Virus record (IMG/VR): IMGVR_UViG_3300025122_000005
Coordinates: 1 to 64,000 of that record
Origin: a virus
Direction: 5' to 3' (one strand)
Length of the DNA stretch: 64,000 bases
The position numbers were made by a program, and so were the translations under genes. The notes under the pieces are model-generated. The model did no database searches, was not told where the DNA came from, and saw only the letters and a program-made list of their open reading frames with translations. Each line of letters opens with the position of its first letter. The first letter of the stretch is position 1. This document shows positions 31,503-40,891 of the stretch, piece by piece.

Positions 31503-33071
31503 ATGTCCAAGCATTTTTCTTCTAAGCAAGAATTACATAACAAAATTTTAAGCGGAGTTAACACTCTGGCGGATAACGTTGCGTCTACTCTGGGTCCACG
31601 CGGCAGAAACGTCATCCTTCAAGAAAAGGGCAAAATGCCGATTATCACCAAAGACGGTGTTACGGTAGCTAGATTCGTGGATCTGGACGACCCTTTTGAG
31701 AACGCGGGAGCACAAATAGTAAAGCAAGCTTCTGCGAAAACAAACGTGGATGCCGGTGATGGCACTACGACATCAACGGTGCTTACCCGAGCTATATTTG
31801 ATGCCGCCTGGCAACATATCGAATCTGGTGCCAGCCCAACAGAACTAAAAAGGGGCATTGACAAGGCTGTATCTGAGGTGGTCTTTAGTCTTGAACGGGC
31901 GGCCAGACCGGTTTCTAGTACAGAAGACATTTCTCATATAGCGTCTATATCTGCAAACAATGATAAAAGTATCGGAGACTTAATCGCTCTTGCGGTCGAT
32001 AAGGTGGGCAAAGATGGTGCTATCACAATAGAAGAGGCAAACTCGGTAGAAACTACTTTAGACTTGGTGGAGGGTTTCCGCTTTGATTCGGGTTTCGCCG
32101 CTACTGCTTTTATTACTAACGAAAGAAAAGCAGTAGTGCGACATGAGAACGCCTTGATTATGATCAGCGATTCAAGAATTGAATCTGTGGAACAAATACT
32201 ACCAGCGTTGGAGATTGCTGCGAGAGAGTCCAGACCTTTGGTTATCGTCGCCGACGAGATAGAGGGGCAGGCACTAGCAGCATTGATTATGAACACCGTT
32301 AGGGGGTCTATGAAGGTGGCAGCAGTGAAGGCTCCTCGATATGGAGAGTCTAGAAGAAATATCATGATGGATCTATCTATTTCAACTGGCGGTAAGTATT
32401 TTCGCCAATCCACCGGGGACAACATCAGGGAAATATCTTTACAAGATTTTGGCACTGCTAAGACGATTGAAATATCTAAGAACATGACGACTGTTGTAGA
32501 CGGCGGAGGATACTTTCATAAAATCAATGAAAGAATAGACACCATAAAAGAAGATCTCGCCACTACCGAAGCTCTATACGAGTGCGAGCAATTGCAGGAA
32601 AGAATCACAAGACTAGCATCTGGAATAGCCATCATAAGAGTTGGCGCGGCCACTAAAATAGAGATGATAGAAAAGAAACACAGAATAGAGGATGCCCTAG
32701 AGGCTGTTCGTTCTGCACAACAAGAAGGCATCATACCAGGTGGTGGCATGATGTTGCACAGAATAGCAAAGGATCTGTATGTGGATGTTGAAAATGATGA
32801 GCAAGAATTAGGTGTTAACATCGTTAAGCAGGCTCTACGATCACCGCTGGAAACGATGGCTAAAAACTCTGGGTCAGATATCGAGGATGTGTTGGCATCT
32901 CTTGAGACTGCTGAAGGGGAGAACATAGGAATAAATTTCTCCACTGGACAGGCAGTTGATTTACTAGAAGAGGGAATAATTGATCCGGTAAAGGTTACCA
33001 GATGTGCTTTGCAAAATGCCGCATCAGTCGCTGGCACTTTGATTACAACAAACTACGCCATTGTCGAGTAG
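31503..33071 (+). CDS. groEL: Chaperonin GroEL (no GGM tail)
   Basis: [45 protein letters not shown]. Confidence 0.97.
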   Translation: MSKHFSSKQELHNKILSGVNTLADNVASTLGPRGRNVILQEKGKMPIITKDGVTVARFVDLDDPFENAGAQIVKQASAKTNVDAGDGTTTSTVLTRAIFDAAWQHIESGASPTELKRGIDKAVSEVVFSLERAARPVSSTEDISHIASISANNDKSIGDLIALAVDKVGKDGAITIEEANSVETTLDLVEGFRFDSGFAATAFITNERKAVVRHENALIMISDSRIESVEQILPALEIAARESRPLVIVADEIEGQALAALIMNTVRGSMKVAAVKAPRYGESRRNIMMDLSISTGGKYFRQSTGDNIREISLQDFGTAKTIEISKNMTTVVDGGGYFHKINERIDTIKEDLATTEALYECEQLQERITRLASGIAIIRVGAATKIEMIEKKHRIEDALEAVRSAQQEGIIPGGGMMLHRIAKDLYVDVENDEQELGVNIVKQALRSPLETMAKNSGSDIEDVLASLETAEGENIGINFSTGQAVDLLEEGIIDPVKVTRCALQNAASVAGTLITTNYAIVE

Positions 33072-33218
33072 GGTGCCTATATAATATAGTACCCGACATC
33101 AAACTTAAGGAGACGCAAGACATTGTCTGAAGATACAAGTTCAAATGACGTATTACGAAAATTAGATAAGTTGTGCTTGACAATAGAACAGGTCAAGGAT
33201 AAGCAAGAAGAAGTGGCA
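32873..33218. repeat. 346-bp exact direct repeat, copy 1 (groEL 3' end, intergenic, 5' part of the next gene)
   Basis: Identical to 34087-34432 (offset 1214). Confidence 0.95.
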
Positions 33219-33254
33219 TGTGCTGGTGGACAGTGTGAGGTGAAATTTCTCTGA
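33123..33254 (+). CDS. 43-aa chimeric ORF (N-terminus of the 34337 gene fused to an RNR-like C-terminus CAGGQCEVKFL)
   Basis: Manual translation across the repeat/insert junction. Confidence 0.55.
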   Translation: MSEDTSSNDVLRKLDKLCLTIEQVKDKQEEVACAGGQCEVKFL

Positions 33255-33269
33255 CAGAGTAATTACAGT

Positions 33270-33833
33270 ATGAAGAAACTATTTGAAAATTGGAACCGAT
33301 GGGTGTTGAATGAGGGTATGGACGATCTCGTCGATGGCAACAGGATTCACCTATATCACTATTCTAGGGCAGAGGAAGACACCATCTTGCTTGATCCGAA
33401 GAGGTTCGAGTCTGGCAGAAACAGCTGGAGCATGAGGGAATACAAAGTCTCACCCTTTCCCCGAGTGTTCTTTTATGCCGACCCCACCAAGACTGAAGCC
33501 GAGATAGCCCACGGGGCACCATACGAGACTTCAGTGTTGGCTTCTGACATCTACGACATGACGACAGATCCGGAAGGTGTCTTGAAGCGTTCGTCGTCGT
33601 ACTCGAAATACTCAACGAGTGTGGACATCCACAAGAGCCTCAAAGCTCTTGCTGGCAAAGACAAGCCCCATTCCGGCTTCCCAGATCTTTTTACCCCAAT
33701 CCGAGAAGAGGGTGCTAAGATTTACAAGGGAGTGTACTACAATATTAGAGAAGGATCTATTCCAGTGGTTGCCTGGTTTGAAGAAATAGAAGCGACTAGA
33801 AATGCGCAAAGCAAAGAAAGTGAGGAAATATGA
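33270..33833 (+). CDS. Probable virion-internal protein, ART-fold candidate
   Basis: MKKLFENW...LNE start; LYHYS, PRVFFY, KGVYY, VVAWF; GTAATTAC upstream. Confidence 0.5.
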   Translation: MKKLFENWNRWVLNEGMDDLVDGNRIHLYHYSRAEEDTILLDPKRFESGRNSWSMREYKVSPFPRVFFYADPTKTEAEIAHGAPYETSVLASDIYDMTTDPEGVLKRSSSYSKYSTSVDIHKSLKALAGKDKPHSGFPDLFTPIREEGAKIYKGVYYNIREGSIPVVAWFEEIEATRNAQSKESEEI

Positions 33834-34285
33834 AAATAGGACAAGTTGTGTTTAATGAATGGCACAGTATTCGAAGGTACGGCATTGTGATGTCTCTTCG
33901 GGAAAAAGATGAAGGCTTAACCGTGCCATGGACGTATGCAAAGGTGAAGTGGTTTGGCGATGAGGCATATTGTGGCGTCATCGAAAGCACCAACAAGCTG
34001 AGAAATAACGGTACTGACACTGGACTGCACGAATATCGTATTGACAAGCTCGTGCAGATTAGTCTTGAAAAGGAACTGAAGATTTTGTCAGATATCGAGG
34101 ATGTGTTGGCATCTCTTGAGACTGCTGAAGGGGAGAACATAGGAATAAATTTCTCCACTGGACAGGCAGTTGATTTACTAGAAGAGGGAATAATTGATCC
34201 GGTAAAGGTTACCAGATGTGCTTTGCAAAATGCCGCATCAGTCGCTGGCACTTTGATTACAACAAACTACGCCATTGTCGAGTAG
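33830..34285 (+). CDS. SH3-like protein fused in frame to the last ~65 aa of GroEL
   Basis: MKIGQVV...YAKVKWFG N-terminus; C-terminus identical to the GroEL end. Confidence 0.7.
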   Translation: MKIGQVVFNEWHSIRRYGIVMSLREKDEGLTVPWTYAKVKWFGDEAYCGVIESTNKLRNNGTDTGLHEYRIDKLVQISLEKELKILSDIEDVLASLETAEGENIGINFSTGQAVDLLEEGIIDPVKVTRCALQNAASVAGTLITTNYAIVE

Positions 34286-34432
34286 GGTGCCTATATAATA
34301 TAGTACCCGACATCAAACTTAAGGAGACGCAAGACATTGTCTGAAGATACAAGTTCAAATGACGTATTACGAAAATTAGATAAGTTGTGCTTGACAATAG
34401 AACAGGTCAAGGATAAGCAAGAAGAAGTGGCA
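34087..34432. repeat. 346-bp exact direct repeat, copy 2
   Basis: Identical to 32873-33218. Confidence 0.95.
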
Positions 34433-34603
34433 GAAGACGTAGGAAAAATAAAAGAAGCTGTTTATAATCCAGACGAGGGATTGTACGCAAGACTTCGATC
34501 CCTTGAGGCTTGGCAGGGTACATCATCTAAGATGATCTGGACCTTGTTTACAACCGTTGTCGGTTTAATAGGGGCGTTCGTCTTAAAACACATTGGCGGT
34601 TGA
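34337..34603 (+). CDS. Coiled-coil protein with C-terminal TM (holin/XhlA-like architecture)
   Basis: Heptad N-terminus, then MIWTLFTTVVGLIGAFVL. Confidence 0.55.
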   Translation: MSEDTSSNDVLRKLDKLCLTIEQVKDKQEEVAEDVGKIKEAVYNPDEGLYARLRSLEAWQGTSSKMIWTLFTTVVGLIGAFVLKHIGG

Positions 34604-35061
34604 AAGGTCAAAAGGTGTCTTACAAAAAAGAAAAGGCTATCGCACACATCAATAGAGTAGAACATTATTTACAATGGGAACACTCTGTCGAGGTCGAGTA
34701 TGACCGCGACGGCACGAATGAATACCGTCCTAACTTGTCAAGAATAGAAATTAATTCCAGACAAAACTACACGAGTAGACTTCACACTTTGCTCCACGAG
34801 GCCGGACATGTAATTCTGAGGAAAGGAAGGGTGCAACAATTCGAACCAAAAAAATCCTTCAAGAAAGGGTTCCCTCACATGAAAACAGGCGGCTCCGATG
34901 TCAGAGGAAACTGGGATCATAGGATAGATGTGCTGAGAGAAGAGGTCTTGGCGTGGGAGAAGGGGGAAGAGTTGGCTCAATACCTTTCTATAAAACTTAA
35001 CAAAAAAGTGTGGTCGCGACATCGCAACGAGGCACTCAAAACTTACGTGAAATGGATATAA
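34600..35061 (+). CDS. Zincin-type metallopeptidase-like protein
   Basis: LLHEAGH; EEVLAW. Confidence 0.6.
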   Translation: MKGQKVSYKKEKAIAHINRVEHYLQWEHSVEVEYDRDGTNEYRPNLSRIEINSRQNYTSRLHTLLHEAGHVILRKGRVQQFEPKKSFKKGFPHMKTGGSDVRGNWDHRIDVLREEVLAWEKGEELAQYLSIKLNKKVWSRHRNEALKTYVKWI

Positions 35062-35065
35062 TATT

Positions 35066-35353
35066 ATGAAAGTAAAAGTAACATATACAGTGGATTTAGA
35101 GGGCATACCAGAAAGGGTCGACCCGCTGTTCGATTCGGCTAAGGAGAATGTAGAGAAAGCAGTTGCCATCATTAATGAACTGAAGGATGTTAAGGATGCA
35201 TCCATAGAAAAATGTCTTAAACAAATTGAGGAATTGAGGAATTTGCTTTTAGAAGCAGAACTGTCGTTAGGAGATTGTGATTCAATGTTGGCGGGATACT
35301 TGCACGTACTGACAAACAACAGTGTGTCACAACAAGAGGGCGTCGCATCATGA
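35066..35353 (+). CDS. Hypothetical helical protein
   Basis: In-operon ORF. Confidence 0.55.
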   Translation: MKVKVTYTVDLEGIPERVDPLFDSAKENVEKAVAIINELKDVKDASIEKCLKQIEELRNLLLEAELSLGDCDSMLAGYLHVLTNNSVSQQEGVAS

Positions 35354-35628
35354 TAAAATTACAAGAAGTATATAGACAAGTGTCCGCTGGTAATCCCATG
35401 AGAAGGTATAGGACACGTGACATATTTATAAATCCGGAGCACATAAGGTCTATACGAGATAAGGGCCCGACCCTGCAAACAATATCAGAAAGCGTAATAG
35501 ACGGAGTGGATAGCGCGAGAAAAGATTTTTGTGTATTATCCATGGAGAAAGAGGATATAGTGGTTGTTGGGTCTTTAAAGGAAATCGAAAGCAAGATTGT
35601 AGGTGGAAAGGTTCTTTTAAATGGTTAG
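35350..35628 (+). CDS. FlbD-like small protein
   Basis: MIKL...IFINPEHIRSI...VVGSLKEI resembles the FlbD pattern. Confidence 0.35.
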   Translation: MIKLQEVYRQVSAGNPMRRYRTRDIFINPEHIRSIRDKGPTLQTISESVIDGVDSARKDFCVLSMEKEDIVVVGSLKEIESKIVGGKVLLNG

Positions 35629-35878
35629 TCATCTGAACAGGTATATAATTTACGGACGCAGCACCTGCCCATTTTGTAAAAAAGCTGTAGACCTTTTAGA
35701 CTCGAAACACAAAGAGAGCATATTTTTTGATTTCTCGGAAGATTTAGAAGCCATTACGGATGCGAAAAGATTTTATAAATTTGAAACTGTGCCAATAATA
35801 CTAGAGAACAACAACGTCTCCGGTCTTACAAAACTTATTGGTGGGTATTCTGACTTGGTGGAGTATTTAAATGATTGA
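35621..35878 (+). CDS. Glutaredoxin
   Basis: CPFC, TVP, IGGYSDL. Confidence 0.9.
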   Translation: MVSHLNRYIIYGRSTCPFCKKAVDLLDSKHKESIFFDFSEDLEAITDAKRFYKFETVPIILENNNVSGLTKLIGGYSDLVEYLND

Positions 35879-36257
35879 ATGTGATCTTCTTCCGCTTGGG
35901 AGCACAGAAGAAACAACAAAAAAGAAGCGATACGGAAGGTATCACGGTAGTTGTTTCTGGGACGTTAAGAATTTTGGATCGAAGACTTGGGTAGTGGGTG
36001 CATATATTGATGTGAGTGACCCTGAAATTCTAGAAGACTGCCAAGTAGAGGATCTGACCAGAAGATGTATTGAGTATCTTAATCAGCCACCCCCGCGAAA
36101 GAAATATGCTAAAAAGACCCCAAAGCCAAAATATGGTAAATTGGGATATTATAGCTCCAGGGTAGTAGAGAAGGGGAACAACAAATATATATCAGCTCTT
36201 CTCTTAGTGGACTGCAGAAGGAGCAAGTCATTCTGGGGCAAGGGAAGAAATGCATAG
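35871..36257 (+). CDS. Hypothetical protein
   Basis: Coupled ORF. Confidence 0.5.
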   Translation: MIECDLLPLGSTEETTKKKRYGRYHGSCFWDVKNFGSKTWVVGAYIDVSDPEILEDCQVEDLTRRCIEYLNQPPPRKKYAKKTPKPKYGKLGYYSSRVVEKGNNKYISALLLVDCRRSKSFWGKGRNA

Positions 36258-36606
36258 CGAAGCACCCCCGCCAGGTGATCATGACATGCCGGTGGGTGAT
36301 GTAAAATCGTTTTTTGCTATCGCTCAATCCGCGATTGAGAAAACAGACTTTCTTTTAGATCTACATTATAATAATATTTGTCGCATGGGAACGGAAACGA
36401 TCCAAAAAGTCTGCGAACTTCATGCTATAGGTAGGGGATTTGAAACCTATTTGGGGGAAGTGTTCAGAAGAGTTAACGATGTTCCAGACACCGCTGTGTT
36501 CAGAATCACTTCATCTCATACTACAACGATTGTGCAAATGACATTCTCAATTACTGAGGCGAAATTCGAGGTTACAAAGAGCGGGGTCAACCTTGAGGAC
36601 CATTAA
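36250..36606 (+). CDS. Hypothetical protein
   Basis: Coupled ORF. Confidence 0.5.
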   Translation: MHSEAPPPGDHDMPVGDVKSFFAIAQSAIEKTDFLLDLHYNNICRMGTETIQKVCELHAIGRGFETYLGEVFRRVNDVPDTAVFRITSSHTTTIVQMTFSITEAKFEVTKSGVNLEDH

Positions 36607-36611
36607 GTAAA

Positions 36612-36959
36612 GTGCCAACGACAGGAATTTTATTAGGGTTTCTCATGTTTGTTTTGGGGCAGACTCTGGGATGGTTTCAATTAAACTCTCAATTCTTGTG
36701 GAGATGGTGGGAAAACAAGCCAATAATGTCTGCATTTGTGTTTGGGATACCAACAAGTGTGGTGTTCTGGTATGCATGGAGGATTGTTTCTACTGATTCT
36801 GAATCTGTGTGGTCTGCTAGATTTATAGGCTCTGGTGCGGGATTTCTGGTCTTTCCCATATTAACGTGGTGTCTCTTGGGCGAGAGCATGTTTACGCTTA
36901 AAACAATGAGTTGTCTTTCTCTAACAATTTTAATCATCTTAATTCAAGTTTATGCTTGA
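36612..36959 (+). CDS. 4-TM membrane protein (SMR/EamA-like size)
   Basis: Four hydrophobic segments. Confidence 0.6.
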   Translation: MPTTGILLGFLMFVLGQTLGWFQLNSQFLWRWWENKPIMSAFVFGIPTSVVFWYAWRIVSTDSESVWSARFIGSGAGFLVFPILTWCLLGESMFTLKTMSCLSLTILIILIQVYA

Positions 36960-36973
36960 CGAGGATTCACTAC

Positions 36974-37003
36974 AAAAAGTACCCAATTTGTGGGTGCCTT
37001 TTG
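36974..37003. terminator. Hairpin terminator, possibly bidirectional
   Basis: AAAAA-GTACCCA/TGGGTGC-CTTTT. Confidence 0.5.
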
Positions 37004-37040
37004 TTTTGTTTCAAACTAATTATTAAAGGTAAGGTATAAT

Positions 37041-39512
37041 ATGTCTGTAATGAATTTTCACACCAAATGGAAGCAGTTTTTAAACGAAGAACAAGACCTC
37101 ACATTACTATTAGAAGCCAGAGTCAAAGACGTAAAAGCCAAATTTAAAGTGCTTGATGAGTCCGGGTGGATTAACTGGGCCCGTAGACAAATTGAAGATG
37201 TTCTCGGACCTAAAGGTGTATCAAAATATCTCATGTACTGGTCTAGAGAAATGGACCGGAAGATAACAGTGACTGACCCTGATGAACTACGTGACGACAG
37301 AGACGTTCTGGAATTGGGTGAGGGCGTACTGGATCTAATCATTAATTTTCAACAGAACCAACCGAGGATAGAAGAAAAGGACATATACAAGTACGATTCG
37401 GAACAACTTAAGAAGATGCTAGAATCATTGGGATTAACCTCGAAAGAGAGAAAGACCAAGGAAAAAGAAGAAGCCGTCGAAGGGTCAGGCGTTGTGTACG
37501 CCGACGATGATATCTTCGCAGTTAGGGTGTACACGGAGGAAGCATCTTGTTATTATGGAAAGAATACCCAGTGGTGCATATCCGCAACAGAATCGGAAAA
37601 TTGGTTTAACAAACTTACTATGCAAGGGAATGCATTCGTGATAGCAAGGATGATAAACCTTCCAGAAAATGACGTTCATAGGAGGATTACACTAGTTTAT
37701 AGACAAAATGGTGACCTCGACCATTTTGCCGACGTTACCAACGACCCCGGCGGCGTCCCGATAGGAGATTTTTATGAAGCACTTGCTAAAAACCATACCC
37801 GTACAGGAATGAACGAATTTAAAAATCTTGACTACGAAGAACAAGAAGAGATTAGAGAATTGGCTCAAGAAATAATTGATCTCGGCACCGAAAATGTTAT
37901 GGAGAACCCCCCCGACGCCGCTCCTGGAATAGAAAAACAGATAGAGAAGATTGAAGAAGAGTACCGAGATGTAATGGAGCATGCTAGCTACGGGGCGGAA
38001 TACGACGAATACCTTCGTTTCTGGGGCGGATTCACCGTTGAAATAGATAATGATAGGTTTGAAGGCGGTCACCCTCTTCCATCCGATTGGCGTTCCACAA
38101 CCGAATTCGAAGGAGAGATCAGAGATAGATTGGATAGAGAGGTTTCTGTATACGCAGAAGAAGTATCGTTGGACGATTTCGATGGTGGCGTGCCAACTTT
38201 TGAGATAAGAATATCTACTGATGGATACAATGCGACCCCAAATGGATATGAATCCTTTTTGAGCGAACTTCAAACTATGGATGAGAAGTATGCTGGAATG
38301 GTTCGTGTTGTAGAAAAATATCTAATGGAAGAGGGATACATCGCGAAGGGTGCTTTCGAAAACCTTTCGGATCGGATGGAAGAGATTGGGAGTGAGCTAA
38401 AAAACTTTACTTGGTATGAAGACGAGGACGCGGGAGACGAATTCATCAAATTTGAATCAGAGGATTTCGAGATCTCAGGTGTCCCATCATCCATTTTGAG
38501 AAGAATAAGTGACATTGAAAAAGTAGGCTCACGACGCATTTGGCAGAGCCCTTCCTTGACTAAAGGCGTTGTTATGAAGTTGGGGAACCTTCATCAGAAA
38601 ATAACATCGTTTCTAGAAAAACAACTCGAATTGCCGATTTCCGACTTACCACCACGAGTTGTAAAGGAAATAACAATACCAGAATTTTTAAGAATTGAAT
38701 TAGTGGCAGACCCAGCCTTCCAAGAGGAAATAAAGTCCAGAATAGTGCTGGGTATAGATGATGTGACAATATCAGAAGAGGCGGTCGAGGCAACGATAGA
38801 GGTTGTCAAGTTTGTGGATCAGAACTTTTTAGAAGTCAGGAGTGCGGTCATTGACTCCATCCGAGACTTGCGCCAAAAGGTGAAGGAAGAAGAGAAGAGG
38901 AGGACTGACAGTCTACAGGATTCTACGAAGCGGCTATTGGATATTTCTAGACAGTTTGAGCATTCCGATAGGCTCGTGAGGCATTACCTATCTTTTGTGG
39001 ATGACTGGAAACTGGGATTGGTTCACGTATCAGACGAAGCAATGTTGCAGGCAGTAACGAACTTGTACAACCACCTCAAAGATAGAGATAAGATACCAGA
39101 AGATCTACCGGAGCCACAATCTTCAAGTCTTCAAGAGTCTTTTGATTTGCAGGACGAAATAAACAAGTATCTCAATGAAGAGAAAGGCAGAAGTAGACAA
39201 CGAGGAATTTATAAATTCTACTGCATGATCGGATATTCGGTTGATCCCGGCCAGAAATCTAGAGGGCTGGAAGACATTCTGGCAGATCTGCGAGCACTTC
39301 CAAATGTTACCATTGTTACAGTCGTTGTTTCAAACAGGAGAATAGCAGAACAAAGATATATTTCAGGGTTAGCGGTAAAGTTTATACCAAGTACACCAGG
39401 TCAGGTAAGATCCCCGGAAGATACAAAGGCCAGAATTTTAAGAGATTTAAGAAGGGTGAGGAATGTAGAAAGAATCTTTAAGATTTCAACATCTGTAGAA
39501 AGAATAGAATAA
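37041..39512 (+). CDS. Large acidic probable virion-internal protein
   Basis: KWKQFLNE start, YGKNTQWCIS motif, internal LQE/LNEE; CTAATTAT upstream. Confidence 0.55.
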   Translation: MSVMNFHTKWKQFLNEEQDLTLLLEARVKDVKAKFKVLDESGWINWARRQIEDVLGPKGVSKYLMYWSREMDRKITVTDPDELRDDRDVLELGEGVLDLIINFQQNQPRIEEKDIYKYDSEQLKKMLESLGLTSKERKTKEKEEAVEGSGVVYADDDIFAVRVYTEEASCYYGKNTQWCISATESENWFNKLTMQGNAFVIARMINLPENDVHRRITLVYRQNGDLDHFADVTNDPGGVPIGDFYEALAKNHTRTGMNEFKNLDYEEQEEIRELAQEIIDLGTENVMENPPDAAPGIEKQIEKIEEEYRDVMEHASYGAEYDEYLRFWGGFTVEIDNDRFEGGHPLPSDWRSTTEFEGEIRDRLDREVSVYAEEVSLDDFDGGVPTFEIRISTDGYNATPNGYESFLSELQTMDEKYAGMVRVVEKYLMEEGYIAKGAFENLSDRMEEIGSELKNFTWYEDEDAGDEFIKFESEDFEISGVPSSILRRISDIEKVGSRRIWQSPSLTKGVVMKLGNLHQKITSFLEKQLELPISDLPPRVVKEITIPEFLRIELVADPAFQEEIKSRIVLGIDDVTISEEAVEATIEVVKFVDQNFLEVRSAVIDSIRDLRQKVKEEEKRRTDSLQDSTKRLLDISRQFEHSDRLVRHYLSFVDDWKLGLVHVSDEAMLQAVTNLYNHLKDRDKIPEDLPEPQSSSLQESFDLQDEINKYLNEEKGRSRQRGIYKFYCMIGYSVDPGQKSRGLEDILADLRALPNVTIVTVVVSNRRIAEQRYISGLAVKFIPSTPGQVRSPEDTKARILRDLRRVRNVERIFKISTSVERIE

Positions 39513-40102
39513 TGCATTCTACAGTAGAAGAATCCAAGCGGCACGACCTTTACAAAATAATCAAAAAAACACTGAAAAAAGAATATCTAGACTTGACGGT
39601 AAAAAAGATAGCATTGTCAGAAGATTTCAGTAAGAGTACTTCACAAGTAAATTGTAGTTTTTCCGAAAACGGCGGCAGGGCGATTAATCTTAAGTCTAGC
39701 GGCTGCGGAATGGTTGATGCTTCCTTTAACGCACTATTAGAATATTATTCTGATAATTATCCTTCGCTCGAAAACATTGCCTTTGAGGGGATTAGTGTTC
39801 TTCCTGATTGGAGAACCCGCGCAGGACTGTCAGGAAGTGATGCAGAAATCGAAGTGGAAATCAAATTCACCAATTCTTCAAATAGTATTATGACTTTTAG
39901 GAACAAGGGAAAGTCCTTCGTGAGGGCTACTGTTCTCGGAGTTTTTAACGCAATTGAGTTTTATATAAACGCCGAAAATGCCTTTAAAAAGTTAAAATAC
40001 TTGATCTCCGATGCGAAAAACAGAAACAGAAATGACATCGCTCAAAAGCATCTCTCTACAATCTCTAGAGTTGTGAATGTGACATCTTATGAAAAAGTTT
40101 GA
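39512..40102 (+). CDS. Stand-alone LeuA (2-isopropylmalate synthase) allosteric-domain-like protein
   Basis: SGCGMVDASFNAL, GSDAEIEV, SFVRATVLGVFNAI resemble the LeuA_dimer pattern. Confidence 0.5.
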   Translation: MHSTVEESKRHDLYKIIKKTLKKEYLDLTVKKIALSEDFSKSTSQVNCSFSENGGRAINLKSSGCGMVDASFNALLEYYSDNYPSLENIAFEGISVLPDWRTRAGLSGSDAEIEVEIKFTNSSNSIMTFRNKGKSFVRATVLGVFNAIEFYINAENAFKKLKYLISDAKNRNRNDIAQKHLSTISRVVNVTSYEKV

Positions 40103-40327
40103 TTTTAATTTTAGAAGTAATTGGAAGTATCATTTGTTGGCTTTGTTATTGTCTATCTTTCTTGTTTTTGGCAAAAAGGTATACCACAACGACAGCAGCT
40201 CGAAAGAGCAGGTGAAAAATGAAAGATAAGTTTTTTAATTTTATGATTGTTTTGTGGATAATATGCTTGATTGCTTTGGCCATTGTTGCGAGCCTCGCAC
40301 AGAAAGAAATAACGGAGCAGAGATGTC

Positions 40328-40564
40328 ATGACATGGAAAAAGGAACCAAATCTACAAATAGGTGATCTGGTTTACCACGTTCTCTACGGGAAGGATTGGT
40401 TGGGGCTGATATTAAAAATGGAAGATGAATTAAGAAGTCCACGGGCATCGGTATATATGGTCCCCGGCACTATTCATGAGTGGTTTTTTACTAGAAGTCC
40501 ACTTCGCGGGAAGTTAGAATTCAGAACTGGATGGGTTGCCAAGCATTGGTTGATAAAGATTTAA
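40328..40564 (+). CDS. SH3/KOW-like small protein
   Basis: QIGDLV...LGLIL...WLIKI. Confidence 0.6.
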   Translation: MTWKKEPNLQIGDLVYHVLYGKDWLGLILKMEDELRSPRASVYMVPGTIHEWFFTRSPLRGKLEFRTGWVAKHWLIKI

Positions 40565-40609
40565 ATTAATTAATTTTTTACTTGAAAAAATTAGATTTAT
40601 ATGTCATAA

Positions 40610-40891
40610 TTGTTTAAGAATAAAAAAAGGAAAATGAAAATTTTTAATAGAAAAACATTTTATTGGTTGGTGGATATTGGGATATTATTGTTAGTGGCAG
40701 GCGTCTGTTTCACCATAGGGTACGCTACGTCTTACAGGCAAAACGTTTCAGTCCGAGCGGAAGAAGAACAAATTCCGGAAATATGTGTTTCTGTGTACAA
40801 TCGCTGCATGTCCTACAAAAGTGAACTTACAAAAATGGAACAACAAAAATTATTATGCCTAGAGAAGTTAGAGAAGTTAAATGAAAAATAA
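40610..40891 (+). CDS. Membrane-anchored Cys-containing protein
   Basis: TM plus CxxxxxxC; start uncertain. Confidence 0.5.
   Translation: MFKNKKRKMKIFNRKTFYWLVDIGILLLVAGVCFTIGYATSYRQNVSVRAEEEQIPEICVSVYNRCMSYKSELTKMEQQKLLCLEKLEKLNEK

Noticed and set aside
32516-34251. Duplicated minus-strand ORFs ([10 protein letters not shown]...)
   Set aside because: Antisense shadows of the duplicated groEL end.
32873-34432. Prophage/IS attL-attR or LTR
   Set aside because: The repeat is ordinary groEL and neighbouring sequence; the insert has no integrase or transposase.
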